A DNA stretch of 64,000 nt from NCBI GenBank assembly GCA_012718945.1, contig JAAYBL010000013.1:692-64691 (forward strand), written 5' to 3'. Of the stretch, positions 47,362 through 58,825 are shown piece after piece. Below the pieces are notes generated by a model. The model was not told the DNA's origin and searched no databases. It worked only from the letters and a program-made list of their open reading frames with translations. This DNA is from Bacteroidales bacterium (GTDB lineage Bacteria > Bacteroidota > Bacteroidia > Bacteroidales > UBA1402). Position 1 is the stretch's first letter, and the number at the start of each line of letters is the position of its first letter. The position numbers and the translations under genes are program-made.

Positions 47362-49284
47362 ATGACAGACTTATTCAAAAAACTGGAGAAAAAGCGCATC
47401 AGCCTGCCCAACGACGCCCTGATCATTCTTGGCGGTTGTCACTCGTTTAAAACCTTCAACACTGTCAATGAATTAGCAGTGGCCGCTGTAAATGGCGACA
47501 ACAGCACCTACGAGGTTAGTTATGAGATAGAAGGCAAAGGTCTCTATACCGAAGCCATCGTTCACAAGGTGACCAACGGTATCTCAGCCAACTATACCGA
47601 TCCCTATATGCGTCGACGCGATCCAGACACAATGGTCATTGCCGACAACCTACCCAGTGACAAAGAGCGTTTCGCCGATCGCTTCGGCTACGATTTTGAC
47701 AGTTTACGGAAAGAAACCCTCACCTGGCTGAAGAAACAAGACCTTGCCGTGTTCTTCTATTTTGCCGGCAGGGACAACATCGGTTCAGGGGGTATCGCCA
47801 TTGCTCCAGCCAATGCCGGCTTCTTCGCCATGGGATTGGCCATGCTTCAGCGTATCATCCCCATAGACGAACTGCCCGTCGACTTCAGTATTGACTCGGC
47901 CATCTACGTGGCCCCTACGTTTAGACACACCCATTTCGACGGCAAACAAATCGTGGTGCATAAACGCTCCGAAAACCTGCACGAGATCTTTTCCTACAAC
48001 CTTTACCCAGGACCCAGTGCCAAAAAGGGCCTCTATGGAGCCCTGTTGACCAAAGGTGAACGCGAAGGCTGGGTGACCGCCCACTGTTCTACTGTCCAAG
48101 TGGTCAGTCCCTACGATAACATCACCACCTTCATGCACGAAGGCGCCAGCGGCGGTGGCAAGAGCGAGATGCTCCAGAACATCGTTCGTGAGCCCAATGG
48201 TCAGGTCTTAATCGGCGAAAATGTCCAGACCGGCGAACGCAGGCTCATCAACTTCCCTCTGTTCTGTTCCTTCAATCCCGTCACCGATGACATGGCCCTT
48301 TGCCACCCTTCCTTACAGCGGCATGACGGCAAACTCAGGGTGTTGGACGCAGAAAATGCCTGGTTCATCCGTGTGGACGGCATCACCGATTATGGGGACG
48401 ATCCCTTTCTCGAGAAATTGACCATCAAGCCCAAGGTTCCATTGTTGTTCCTCAATATACAAACCAATCCCGAATGTACGGCCTTGATTTGGGATCACAC
48501 CGAAGACAGTCCAGGCAAACGTTGCCCCAATCCCAGGGTGATTGTTCCCAGGGACATAGTGCCCAATGTGGTCAACAAACCAGTCACCGTTGATATTCGC
48601 AGCTTTGGTGTACGCACCCCGCTTTGCACCCGCGACAATCCCAGCTATGGTATCATCGGACTTTTCCATATTCTGCCACCGGCGCTGGCCTGGCTCTGGC
48701 GACTGGTTGCTCCCCGCGGACATGCCAATCCTAGTATCGTAGACGGAGGCGGCATGGGCAGTGAAGGTGTCGGTTCCTATTGGCCCTTTGCTACCGGTAA
48801 AATGATCACTCATGCCAACCTCTTGCTGGAACAGATCATCGAGACCCCCCGCATGCGTTACACATTGGCCCCCAACCAACATATTGGAGCCTGGAAAGTG
48901 GGTTTCAAACCCCAGTTGCTGATGCGTGAATACCTTACCCGCCGCGGTAACGCCAAACTTCGCAGTGACCAATACCAGCCAGCCCGTTGTCCGTTGTTGG
49001 GTTTTGAACTCAACTACCTGACCATCGAAGGAGCGAAAATCCCCTCCCGTTTTCTGCAGGTACACAAGCAGACCGAAGTGGGTATCGATGGCTACGATGC
49101 GGGAGCTACCATCCTCTACGACTTCTTCAAACAGGAATTGCCCAAATACCTCACCCCCGAACTTTCGCCCACAGGTCGCAAGATCATCGAAGCATGCCTG
49201 GCCGGTGCCACGGTGGATGATTACCTGGCCATCATTCCCATGGATTACCAGTATTCTTTTTTGAGGCATGAAGACCATGACTGA
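47362..49284 (+). CDS. DUF4914-like P-loop protein of unknown function
   Basis: 640 aa with a Walker-A-like HEGASGGGKSEM that resembles the HPr-kinase or PEP-carboxykinase P-loop. The size and Bacteroidota context fit DUF4914, recalled from memory. The start is set at MTDLFKK (ATG at 47362). Confidence 0.6.
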   Translation: MTDLFKKLEKKRISLPNDALIILGGCHSFKTFNTVNELAVAAVNGDNSTYEVSYEIEGKGLYTEAIVHKVTNGISANYTDPYMRRRDPDTMVIADNLPSDKERFADRFGYDFDSLRKETLTWLKKQDLAVFFYFAGRDNIGSGGIAIAPANAGFFAMGLAMLQRIIPIDELPVDFSIDSAIYVAPTFRHTHFDGKQIVVHKRSENLHEIFSYNLYPGPSAKKGLYGALLTKGEREGWVTAHCSTVQVVSPYDNITTFMHEGASGGGKSEMLQNIVREPNGQVLIGENVQTGERRLINFPLFCSFNPVTDDMALCHPSLQRHDGKLRVLDAENAWFIRVDGITDYGDDPFLEKLTIKPKVPLLFLNIQTNPECTALIWDHTEDSPGKRCPNPRVIVPRDIVPNVVNKPVTVDIRSFGVRTPLCTRDNPSYGIIGLFHILPPALAWLWRLVAPRGHANPSIVDGGGMGSEGVGSYWPFATGKMITHANLLLEQIIETPRMRYTLAPNQHIGAWKVGFKPQLLMREYLTRRGNAKLRSDQYQPARCPLLGFELNYLTIEGAKIPSRFLQVHKQTEVGIDGYDAGATILYDFFKQELPKYLTPELSPTGRKIIEACLAGATVDDYLAIIPMDYQYSFLRHEDHD

Positions 49285-49393
49285 AGTGGGGGACGTCAGC
49301 ATCGACGTACAGGTGTTATCTCTGGCTGATATACAAAGGATAAAGCGTCAGCATCATGGATGGACTAAAGAAAGCGGCTTATATCAATAACCT

Positions 49394-50014
49394 ATGTGGG
49401 CTCACACCAAGGATACACAAGATAAAATTACGCCGCAGATGGCGTTGGAGTATCTCAAAGAAGGAAACCGTCGTTTTCAGGACAACCTGAAAGCCGACCG
49501 TAACCTGCTCAAACAAGTTAATCAAACCTCTGAGGGTCAATATCCTTTTGCAACGATTTTGAGTTGCATCGATTCCCGGACATCGGCCGAGCTGATTTTC
49601 GACCAAGGACTTGGCGATATTTTCAGTATCCGTATTGCGGGCAACGTGGTGAACGATGACATCTTGGGGAGCATGGAGTACGCTTGCGGCCTGGCTCATT
49701 CCAAAGTGATCGTGGTGTTGGGGCATACCAAGTGCGGTGCTGTGATCAGTGCCTGCAACCACTTGGTGTACGGTCATTTTTCCGGGCTTATTCGCAAGAT
49801 CAAAACGGCCGTTCGACTGGAAACCTCCACCTTACAAGCGCGCAATGGCCAGAACCTCGACTTTGTGCGAAACGTCAGCGTTCTCAACGTCAAACACACA
49901 CTCCACCAAATCCGCACCAACAGTTCCATCCTCCGCTCCTTGGAAGAAGCCGGCACCATCCTGCTCGTCGGAGCCCTCTACGACATCGACACAGGTGCCG
50001 TCTCCTTCTTTTGA
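49394..50014 (+). CDS. Beta-class carbonic anhydrase
   Basis: The zinc ligand motifs SCIDSR and GHTKCGAV are present. Confidence 0.88.
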   Translation: MWAHTKDTQDKITPQMALEYLKEGNRRFQDNLKADRNLLKQVNQTSEGQYPFATILSCIDSRTSAELIFDQGLGDIFSIRIAGNVVNDDILGSMEYACGLAHSKVIVVLGHTKCGAVISACNHLVYGHFSGLIRKIKTAVRLETSTLQARNGQNLDFVRNVSVLNVKHTLHQIRTNSSILRSLEEAGTILLVGALYDIDTGAVSFF

Positions 50015-50073
50015 GGAGGTTTCATCCAATAAAGCAGGATATCATCTCACGTAACTAGAAATAAATCACTACA

Positions 50074-52284
<2,211 letters not shown>

Positions 52285-52301
52285 ATGGTTAGTGAGAATC
52301 T

Positions 52302-53393
52302 ATGACCTCGTCATCAACCAACCTCCAATCACTGGGCTACACCCCCTCGATGGCCCGATACCTTGTTGAGCAAAACCTCACCGCGTTCGAGCCGGGGCGG
52401 GTGATGGCCGAACACAAGGAGCGCTACATTGTACGCACGGCAGCGGGGTATGTCGAGGCGGAAATCACGGGCAACCTACGTTTCACTGCCCAAAGTCGGG
52501 AAGATTACCCCGCCGTGGGTGATTGGGTGGCGTTGATGGTATACGATGGAGGCAGCGCCCTGATACAGGCCGTGTTGCCCCGCGCCTCCCTCATTAGCAG
52601 GCAGGCTGTCGGCAAATACGGTGAACGCCAGGTGATTGCCGCCAATATCGATGTGGCCTTCGTGGTGCTGGCGATGGACAGGGATTTCAACCTCAACCGG
52701 TTGGAGCGTTACCTGTCCATTTGCTATGCATCGAAGGTGACGCCCATGGTGGTGTTGACCAAAACTGACCTGGTGACCACCGAGTACCTGGCAGAACGGA
52801 TAGCCACCATCAATGCACGTCAGGCGCACATCGACGTGCTGGCCGTAAGCAACACGTCCCAAGCGGGGTATTCCCAACTTGAAGCCGTCATGGAGCCAGG
52901 CAAGACATACTGCCTGCTTGGCTCTTCAGGCGTGGGCAAATCAACCTTGACCAACAATCTGTGTGGGGGCACGTTCATGAAAACCGACACCATCAGCGAC
53001 AGCACGGGTAAAGGCCGTCATGTGACTAGCCACCGTGAATTGATGCTGCTGCCCAACGGTGCCATCCTGATTGACAACCCCGGCATGCGTGAAGTCGGTG
53101 TGGCCGATGCGGGGCAGGGTCTGGAGCAGGCCTTCGATACCATCGCTCACTACGCTCAACACTGTCGTTACCATGACTGCACCCATCGGTCCGAAAAGGG
53201 CTGTGCCGTGCTCGAAGCCCTCGACAACGGTGATATTTCCATGGCTGCCTACGAGAACTACCTGAGAACAGCCCAGGAAAGCGCCTTTTTCGAATCCACC
53301 GTACTGGAACGCAAAAAGAAGGACAAGCAATTGGGCAAACTACTCAAGTATTACGACAAGCTCAATGTGAAAGGGAAAAAGAACGAAGACTAA
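52302..53393 (+). CDS. rsgA: Ribosome small-subunit-dependent GTPase A
   Basis: Circularly permuted GTPase motifs (LTKTDL, GSSGVGKSTL) and the zinc-finger motif CRYHDCTHRSEKGCAV. Confidence 0.92.
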   Translation: MTSSSTNLQSLGYTPSMARYLVEQNLTAFEPGRVMAEHKERYIVRTAAGYVEAEITGNLRFTAQSREDYPAVGDWVALMVYDGGSALIQAVLPRASLISRQAVGKYGERQVIAANIDVAFVVLAMDRDFNLNRLERYLSICYASKVTPMVVLTKTDLVTTEYLAERIATINARQAHIDVLAVSNTSQAGYSQLEAVMEPGKTYCLLGSSGVGKSTLTNNLCGGTFMKTDTISDSTGKGRHVTSHRELMLLPNGAILIDNPGMREVGVADAGQGLEQAFDTIAHYAQHCRYHDCTHRSEKGCAVLEALDNGDISMAAYENYLRTAQESAFFESTVLERKKKDKQLGKLLKYYDKLNVKGKKNED

Positions 53394-53528
53394 GAATTGT
53401 TTCAAAAAATCGCTCAAAACAATGGTTATCACTATGTGAAATAATGATACAATAGTGTTAACCTTGTGGCGTCATTCAACACGCAAAGCGACTTTAAAAC
53501 AAGCCTTTACGTCCTCATTCTATTCACT

Positions 53529-54410
53529 ATGCTAACACACACACTAGTCCTATTTGCTGCCAGCCTCGTGCTCAACAGCTGCAGTTCTTTTTTTGCGTTG
53601 ATCAATGTGAGTCCGTCCAGTCGGTTGAAAGCAGTGACCTACTCGAACGAGGCGCCCAATGCGTTGTATACGTTTTATTACCCCGACACGACGGGCAACG
53701 ATTTTCTCAGGACGTTGCGGAGCCAGTATGCATTGGACAGTGTGGTCCAGGGGGCTGTTGATGATAAAGCACGTATCCTGCGAATAATGGACTGGACCAG
53801 CAACCGATGGTCGCATAACGGCAGCAATACCCCGAGTCAATCGGACGCTCTGACCATCCTGGCCGAAGCGCAGGAAGGCAAGCAGTTTCGCTGCGTGGAA
53901 TACGGCATTGTAGCCACGGCAGCTTTAAATAGCCTGGGCATGAAGGCGCGCACCTTGGGGCTGAAGACCAGGGATGTGTAAAAGGTCAGGGTCGGAGCCG
54001 GCCACGTGGTGAGTGAGGTCTATGTGCCGGCCTTGGAAAAATGGGTGTTCATTGATCCTCAATTTAACCTAATGCCCACACTCGACGGTGTACCCTTGAA
54101 TGGGGTAGAGTTCCAGGCAGCGTTATTCAACAACGATGACCGTCTAATCATCACGACCTACGAGGGTGATCTGACTCAGGAAGAGGCAGCCTCCTACCTG
54201 AATTGGATAGGGAAGTACCTATTTTATTTCGACGTGCTGTTCGACCAGGCTACGTTGGAATCAAGCGATTTCAAGGCCATAAACGGCATGACTAAACTGA
54301 CACTGGTGCCTGTTGGCCGGAAGGAACCTCGGATTTTTCAGCGGCGCTACAAGATTGATAACAGCTATTACACCCATTCACTGAACGATTTTTACCGCAA
54401 GCCGCAGTAA
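53529..54410 (+). pseudogene. Transglutaminase-like lipoprotein gene interrupted by one in-frame TAA (53979-53981)
   Basis: Lipobox LVLNSC. A catalytic-Cys-like RCVEY lies upstream of the stop. GHVVSEVY (His) and FIDPQ (Asp) lie downstream. ORFs 53466-53981 and 54006-54410 share one reading frame. Confidence 0.7.
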
Positions 54411-54445
54411 TCACTGTTGAGTTTTTCGCATACACGCCACGGTAA

Positions 54446-56473
54446 TCACTGTCGTGTTATCCTCACACACGCCCCGCCACCAGCTGCCAGGCTCAACGTC
54501 AGCACGTCTTTTTTGTTGACTGTCTGCGTGGAGACAGTGCAGGTTTCGCGGTTGGTGAGGTAGTGCCCGTCGGGTCCGTCCTGCACGATCTCAGCCGTAA
54601 AAGAGCCCCTGGGTAAAAAAGTCAACGGCACCTCGAGGGTTCTGGCTTCTTCATTCGTAGCAGCACCGATGAGGTAGGCGCCATCCTTGGCCTGGCGCAT
54701 CATGACGATGTGGGAACCGATTTCACCGGCCAGCGTCTGACTGGCTTTCCAGGGCATTTGTTGAGCGGACAGGAAGCGCAGCAGAGCCGGGTACTTTTGG
54801 TAATACTCGGGAATATCGGGGATGATGGTGGCACCGGAAAAGACAATCAGTGTACGGGCTGCTTCTGATACCACGGTTGAGGGTACTTCCTGGTTGTTGT
54901 CCACGCGGGTGGTCCGGCCTTGACGTAGGTCGAACATGCCGTTGTTCATGTCCAGCGGGCCAGCCACCATGTTGACAAACACGGAGGTGACAAAGGTCTT
55001 GGGGTGAAAGATCTGATGTCCGTCCAGTTGCGCCTTGCAGTATTCGCGGGTCACAGCGTTGGGCCAGGTGCGGAGTTGTCCGTAGGGATGAACTGGACCG
55101 TCGTGGTAGTTGACCAATAGTTTGTTTTGGGCACACAGTCTGGTAATTTTCTGGGTAGTCTGTTGCTTTTCGGCCGGGTTACCGTTCATAAAACCGTACT
55201 TCACACCGGCAGCCCCCCAGCGACCGTATTGCTCGAGGGTTTGTTCAATGGGGTAATTCCGCCCACCCACATCGTTCAGGTACAGCCATACACCCACGCC
55301 CTTTTCCTTGCCGTACTTGATCAGGTTTTGAACGTCCCTGGCTTTGTCACCCTTCACCGGGTCTGAGGATTGATCAAATTCGGGGCCGTACCAATTGGCG
55401 TCCAACACCAGGTGCTTGAATCCGTTCTCGGCCGCAAAATCAATCATCCGTATCCACGATGGGTATGACATGGTGTATTTGTAACCGTCCCACAGGGCCC
55501 CGTCGATGCGCCAATCCCACAGGCAGACACCGGGTTGGACCCAGGAAAAATCGGTGCCGGGTTCGGGATCGGGATTCAATAGTTCAATCAGGTGGGAGTC
55601 GATCAAGGCACCAGGCGTACGTCCGTACAGCAGGACCCGCCAGGCCGATTGGTAGCCGGGGTGAAGGGTTTGAGGCTTGGAAGCCACCGTGAATACCTGT
55701 TCGCCCTTGACCGAGTGAAGTCGCAAAGGTTCGCCCTCCCCCAGGCAGGCTTCGTGCACGGCCAGGTAGGCTTTATTGTCTGCCTTGATGGTCATCACCG
55801 GCAAGCGTTCGCCACTGGTTTCCGTCAGCCGTTCAGGGCCGATGTTGTGGAGCTCTCCGTTGTAAAACCAAGCCGTGTAGTCGCCCGCAAAACAGTAGGC
55901 GGTCAGTTCGCTGCCAACCGTTTCTTTCAGTTGGCTGCCATCGGGCACTTCGTAACGGAAGGCCACGCCGTCGTTGTAGGCGCGGGCAACAAGGAAGAAA
56001 GTGGTGGAAGTCGCGCCCTTATCGGCGGCACCAACAGTGGCATGGCTTGCTCCCTTCAATCGAAGTCTCAATGTCAATTCCTGGTAGCGATTGGGTACCA
56101 CCGACCGTTTACCCCACACGGGTTTCCATACGGTGTTGACCTTTTTTTGTTCGGCTTTCACCACTTCCCAATCTCTGGATGGCACGGTGACCACAGCCTC
56201 TGATGTTGCCGTTGTGTTTGGTGCCAGTTGGTATCCAAGGGGCGATGCTTCAATCAGGACAACCCCATCGGCTGTCAGGCTATAAGTGAAATGGCCGTTT
56301 GCCGATTGGTTCAGGGTCAACCTGAGCTGTTTATCGGGTGAGGTCAACGTGTAGGACGGTGTGCTCTTTGTGGTCGAGGCCGATGTTGAAAAGACTGTGG
56401 CCAATAAAACGGCCATAAGGATGAATCGCGTGCTAAGGTTTTTCATGAGAGACGGAGCAGATAGGCGTTTCAT
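54446..56473 (-). CDS. GH97-like glycoside hydrolase (alpha-glucosidase/alpha-galactosidase family)
   Basis: Signal peptide, then N-terminal SPDKQLRLTL...FTYSL, WVQPGVCLWDW, GVKYGFMNG, and NYHDGPVHPYGQLRTWPNAVTREY. The start is ATG 56473 or ATG 56446, and both lie downstream of the promoter motif. Confidence 0.65.
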   Translation of the reverse strand: MKRLSAPSLMKNLSTRFILMAVLLATVFSTSASTTKSTPSYTLTSPDKQLRLTLNQSANGHFTYSLTADGVVLIEASPLGYQLAPNTTATSEAVVTVPSRDWEVVKAEQKKVNTVWKPVWGKRSVVPNRYQELTLRLRLKGASHATVGAADKGATSTTFFLVARAYNDGVAFRYEVPDGSQLKETVGSELTAYCFAGDYTAWFYNGELHNIGPERLTETSGERLPVMTIKADNKAYLAVHEACLGEGEPLRLHSVKGEQVFTVASKPQTLHPGYQSAWRVLLYGRTPGALIDSHLIELLNPDPEPGTDFSWVQPGVCLWDWRIDGALWDGYKYTMSYPSWIRMIDFAAENGFKHLVLDANWYGPEFDQSSDPVKGDKARDVQNLIKYGKEKGVGVWLYLNDVGGRNYPIEQTLEQYGRWGAAGVKYGFMNGNPAEKQQTTQKITRLCAQNKLLVNYHDGPVHPYGQLRTWPNAVTREYCKAQLDGHQIFHPKTFVTSVFVNMVAGPLDMNNGMFDLRQGRTTRVDNNQEVPSTVVSEAARTLIVFSGATIIPDIPEYYQKYPALLRFLSAQQMPWKASQTLAGEIGSHIVMMRQAKDGAYLIGAATNEEARTLEVPLTFLPRGSFTAEIVQDGPDGHYLTNRETCTVSTQTVNKKDVLTLSLAAGGGACVRITRQ

Positions 56474-56508
56474 AAAAGAGGGTTGGTTTAGCTTTAGGGT
56501 ACGAAACA

Positions 56509-56516
56509 CAAATATA
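56509..56516 (-). promoter_or_regulatory. -7 promoter motif (TATATTTG) for the GH97-like gene
   Basis: Minus-strand exact match 36 nt upstream of the ATG at 56473. It excludes the longer ORF-track start at 56617. Confidence 0.5.
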
Positions 56517-56591
56517 CACATAGTTCCTGAGGTGTTTCCCCCGTGTATTGGCGTCAATGCAGGCAAATAAAGAATTGAAATGAAAAAAGTG

Positions 56592-56599
56592 TATATTTG
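56592..56599 (+). promoter_or_regulatory. -7 promoter motif (TATATTTG) for the small ORF
   Basis: Plus-strand exact match 11 nt upstream of the ATG at 56610. It lies inside the ORF-track reading frame that starts at 56580. Confidence 0.45.
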
Positions 56600-56609
56600 T
56601 TCACAAAAA

Positions 56610-56966
56610 ATGACCATGGAAGACTACCTCGTGAAGAAAAAGGGGGCTAATTTTTTTGGCTTCGAACGTGTTGACGCTCAGGGTAAACTCCATTATATTC
56701 CCTATGCATTGAAAAGCAATGGAGACTTGTACCTTACTGAAAAGGGCGTAACGTTTATCCAGTGGGGTTTTACTAAGGGTATTAACATATCTTTCGACAG
56801 TATTTCCAGGATTGACATCCGCACTTGGCACAACATGAAGATGAAATGGCCTGGCAAAGTGCTTCGTCTTTACCTCAAAGAGGGTGACGAGACCAAGATC
56901 TTTGGCGTAAAAGTGGGTGGCAAACTCAGCGTTGTCGGTGGTTGGCAGGATGAGGCCTATGTCTGA
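56610..56966 (+). CDS. Hypothetical 118-aa protein
   Basis: Clean ORF divergent from the GH97-like gene. No motif recognised. The start is set downstream of the promoter motif (MTMEDYL). Confidence 0.5.
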   Translation: MTMEDYLVKKKGANFFGFERVDAQGKLHYIPYALKSNGDLYLTEKGVTFIQWGFTKGINISFDSISRIDIRTWHNMKMKWPGKVLRLYLKEGDETKIFGVKVGGKLSVVGGWQDEAYV

Positions 56967-57070
56967 AAAAAGCAGAAAGAGGCTAAGATTGCCGCTTTGC
57001 CAAAGGAGAATAATTGACCATCGCTCTTCATTCAACGCTTACTAACCTTAAATCTATCTATTTACAGATT

Positions 57071-58687
57071 ATGAAAAACATACACCTGCTGTTCTTTATG
57101 GCGTTGTCAATCCTTTTGCCTGTCGAAGGCGCTGCCCAGTCCTATAATCCCATCTTGCCTCTGTGGGAATACATTCCCGATGGGGAGCCTTATGTGTTTG
57201 AGGATCCCGACAACCCCGGAAAGTTCAGGGTGTATCTGTACGGTTCACACGATATGTTGAAAACCGTGTATTGTGGTTTGGATCAGGTGGTGTGGTCGGC
57301 ACCGGTGGAAGATATGGGCCAATGGCGGTACGACGGTGTCATCTTTCAGTCCAGGCTGGATGCCCAGGGCAAGCCCCTTAATCCGAATGGCGCCGGTGAT
57401 TTGCTTTATGCGCCCGATGTGACGATGGTGACAGGGGCCGATGGAAAAAAGACATATTACCTGTATCCCAATAATCAGCACGGGGGCAGGAATACCATGG
57501 TGGCCAAATCGAGCCGCCCTGATGGGCCGTTTGAGGTTTGTAATTGGCATCCTACTAATCCGCGGGAGACCGTCGGGGTGTTGGGTTTTGACCCCGCCGT
57601 GTTTGTGGACGATGATGGCAGGGTATATGGCTATTGGGGCTTCGATACGTCCTATGGCGGTGAGATGGACCCCTCCAACATGGCCAGTTTGCTTCCAGGC
57701 ACCGAGGCGGTAAAAGACATGGTTTCCAGCCGTAAACAGGAGGGAGACTTCCGCTTTTTTGAGGCGTCGTCTATCCGAAAAATCAAAGATAAATATGTGT
57801 TTGTGTACAGCCGTTGGACCAAGGACGGTGAGTTTGGTCTGGAAGGCACCAATTATACCCTGGCTTATGCCTATGGCGACAAACCGCTGGGGCCTTTCGT
57901 GTACGGAGGGACCATCATCGACGCCAGAGGTCGTGAAAAGCAACCCGATGGCACTGTCAGGCCGACAGCGACGCCTGGTGGCAATACACATGGCAGTATA
58001 CTGGAAATCGGTGGGCAATGGTACGTCTTCTACCACCGTCAAATAGGCACCAACGAATTTTCCCGCCAAGCCATGGTGGCCCCGATCTCTGTCGAGGTTA
58101 CCGAAGGCCCTGGCGGCAAGGTGGTGATCAGTGAGGGTGAATATACCTCGGAAGGTTTCAGGACGGCAGGGCTCGACCTGTTTCAGACGTATCCCGCCGG
58201 TATTGCCTGCCATTACACAGGCCCCCAGGCTTCCGCGCATCAATATCCCAATAAAATTTATTCGGGCTCCTACATTAAAGCCACCTATTTTGAGGGCGAT
58301 CCCACCAAGGCACCGTCTGACCTGGTGCTGCGCAGTAATCCGGTGGTCAACAATACCGCCGGTTCCATCATTGGCTACAAATACTTCAATTTCAGCCAGG
58401 CTCCCTCCAATGGCGAAACTATGTTTGAACTCGAGATGTTGCCAGCTGGCGTTGAAGGCTCCATTGATATCATGGCTGTGAGCCCCGACGCAAATCGTGG
58501 CGGTATCCTGCTGGGTACCGTGGCCGTGCACAACACGCCCATCCTGCAACCCGTCGTCGTGCGTACCCCCGTGAAAAACCTCAACCAGGTAAGCGGCAAA
58601 CAGCCCCTCTATCTGGTCATAAAGGCTAAGGAAACCAACGTTTCAATCGGGGATATCTATCATTTTGGATTTGTCAGGCAACAGTAA
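57071..58687 (+). CDS. GH43 family glycoside hydrolase (beta-xylosidase/alpha-L-arabinofuranosidase type) with a C-terminal beta-sandwich
   Basis: Signal peptide MKNIHLLFFMALSIL. YNPILPLWEYIPDGEPYVFEDP...RVYLYGSHD, LYAPDV, and FFEASSIRKIKDKYVFVYS are five-bladed-propeller catalytic motifs. Confidence 0.75.
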   Translation: MKNIHLLFFMALSILLPVEGAAQSYNPILPLWEYIPDGEPYVFEDPDNPGKFRVYLYGSHDMLKTVYCGLDQVVWSAPVEDMGQWRYDGVIFQSRLDAQGKPLNPNGAGDLLYAPDVTMVTGADGKKTYYLYPNNQHGGRNTMVAKSSRPDGPFEVCNWHPTNPRETVGVLGFDPAVFVDDDGRVYGYWGFDTSYGGEMDPSNMASLLPGTEAVKDMVSSRKQEGDFRFFEASSIRKIKDKYVFVYSRWTKDGEFGLEGTNYTLAYAYGDKPLGPFVYGGTIIDARGREKQPDGTVRPTATPGGNTHGSILEIGGQWYVFYHRQIGTNEFSRQAMVAPISVEVTEGPGGKVVISEGEYTSEGFRTAGLDLFQTYPAGIACHYTGPQASAHQYPNKIYSGSYIKATYFEGDPTKAPSDLVLRSNPVVNNTAGSIIGYKYFNFSQAPSNGETMFELEMLPAGVEGSIDIMAVSPDANRGGILLGTVAVHNTPILQPVVVRTPVKNLNQVSGKQPLYLVIKAKETNVSIGDIYHFGFVRQQ

Positions 58688-58825
58688 CCCCCCCCCACCA
58701 CACAAACAATAACCGGTTATTCAAACTACCTGATCCAATGAAAACCATCGTTATTCTCATGGTATTGAGTGCCACCGCTAAAAATAAAAAGCAATCTGCA
58801 TTTTTTGCATATTGCTAATAGTACC

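Noticed and set aside
57245-58549. A 434-aa ORF antisense to the GH43 gene, plus similar long antisense ORFs at 48313-49302, 50806-51636, 22333-23133 and 59345-60046.
   Set aside because: For the four I checked (all but 59345-60046), the antisense codons are in exact register with the sense codons; 22333-23133 was checked against cmk and also runs into ispH. In that register, stops arise only from rare sense TTA, CTA or TCA codons. These are classic shadow ORFs. Their translations are low-complexity (Gly/Arg/His/Val-rich) and carry no recognisable motifs.
58688-58721. A C9 homopolymer directly after the GH43 stop codon, and a perfect 14-nt palindrome (AATAACCGGTTATT) upstream of the giant helicase gene.
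   Set aside because: Both are short and lie in a 3' or intergenic position with no clear link to a reading frame or promoter. The palindrome has no following T-run. A role in phase variation or as an operator is pure speculation.
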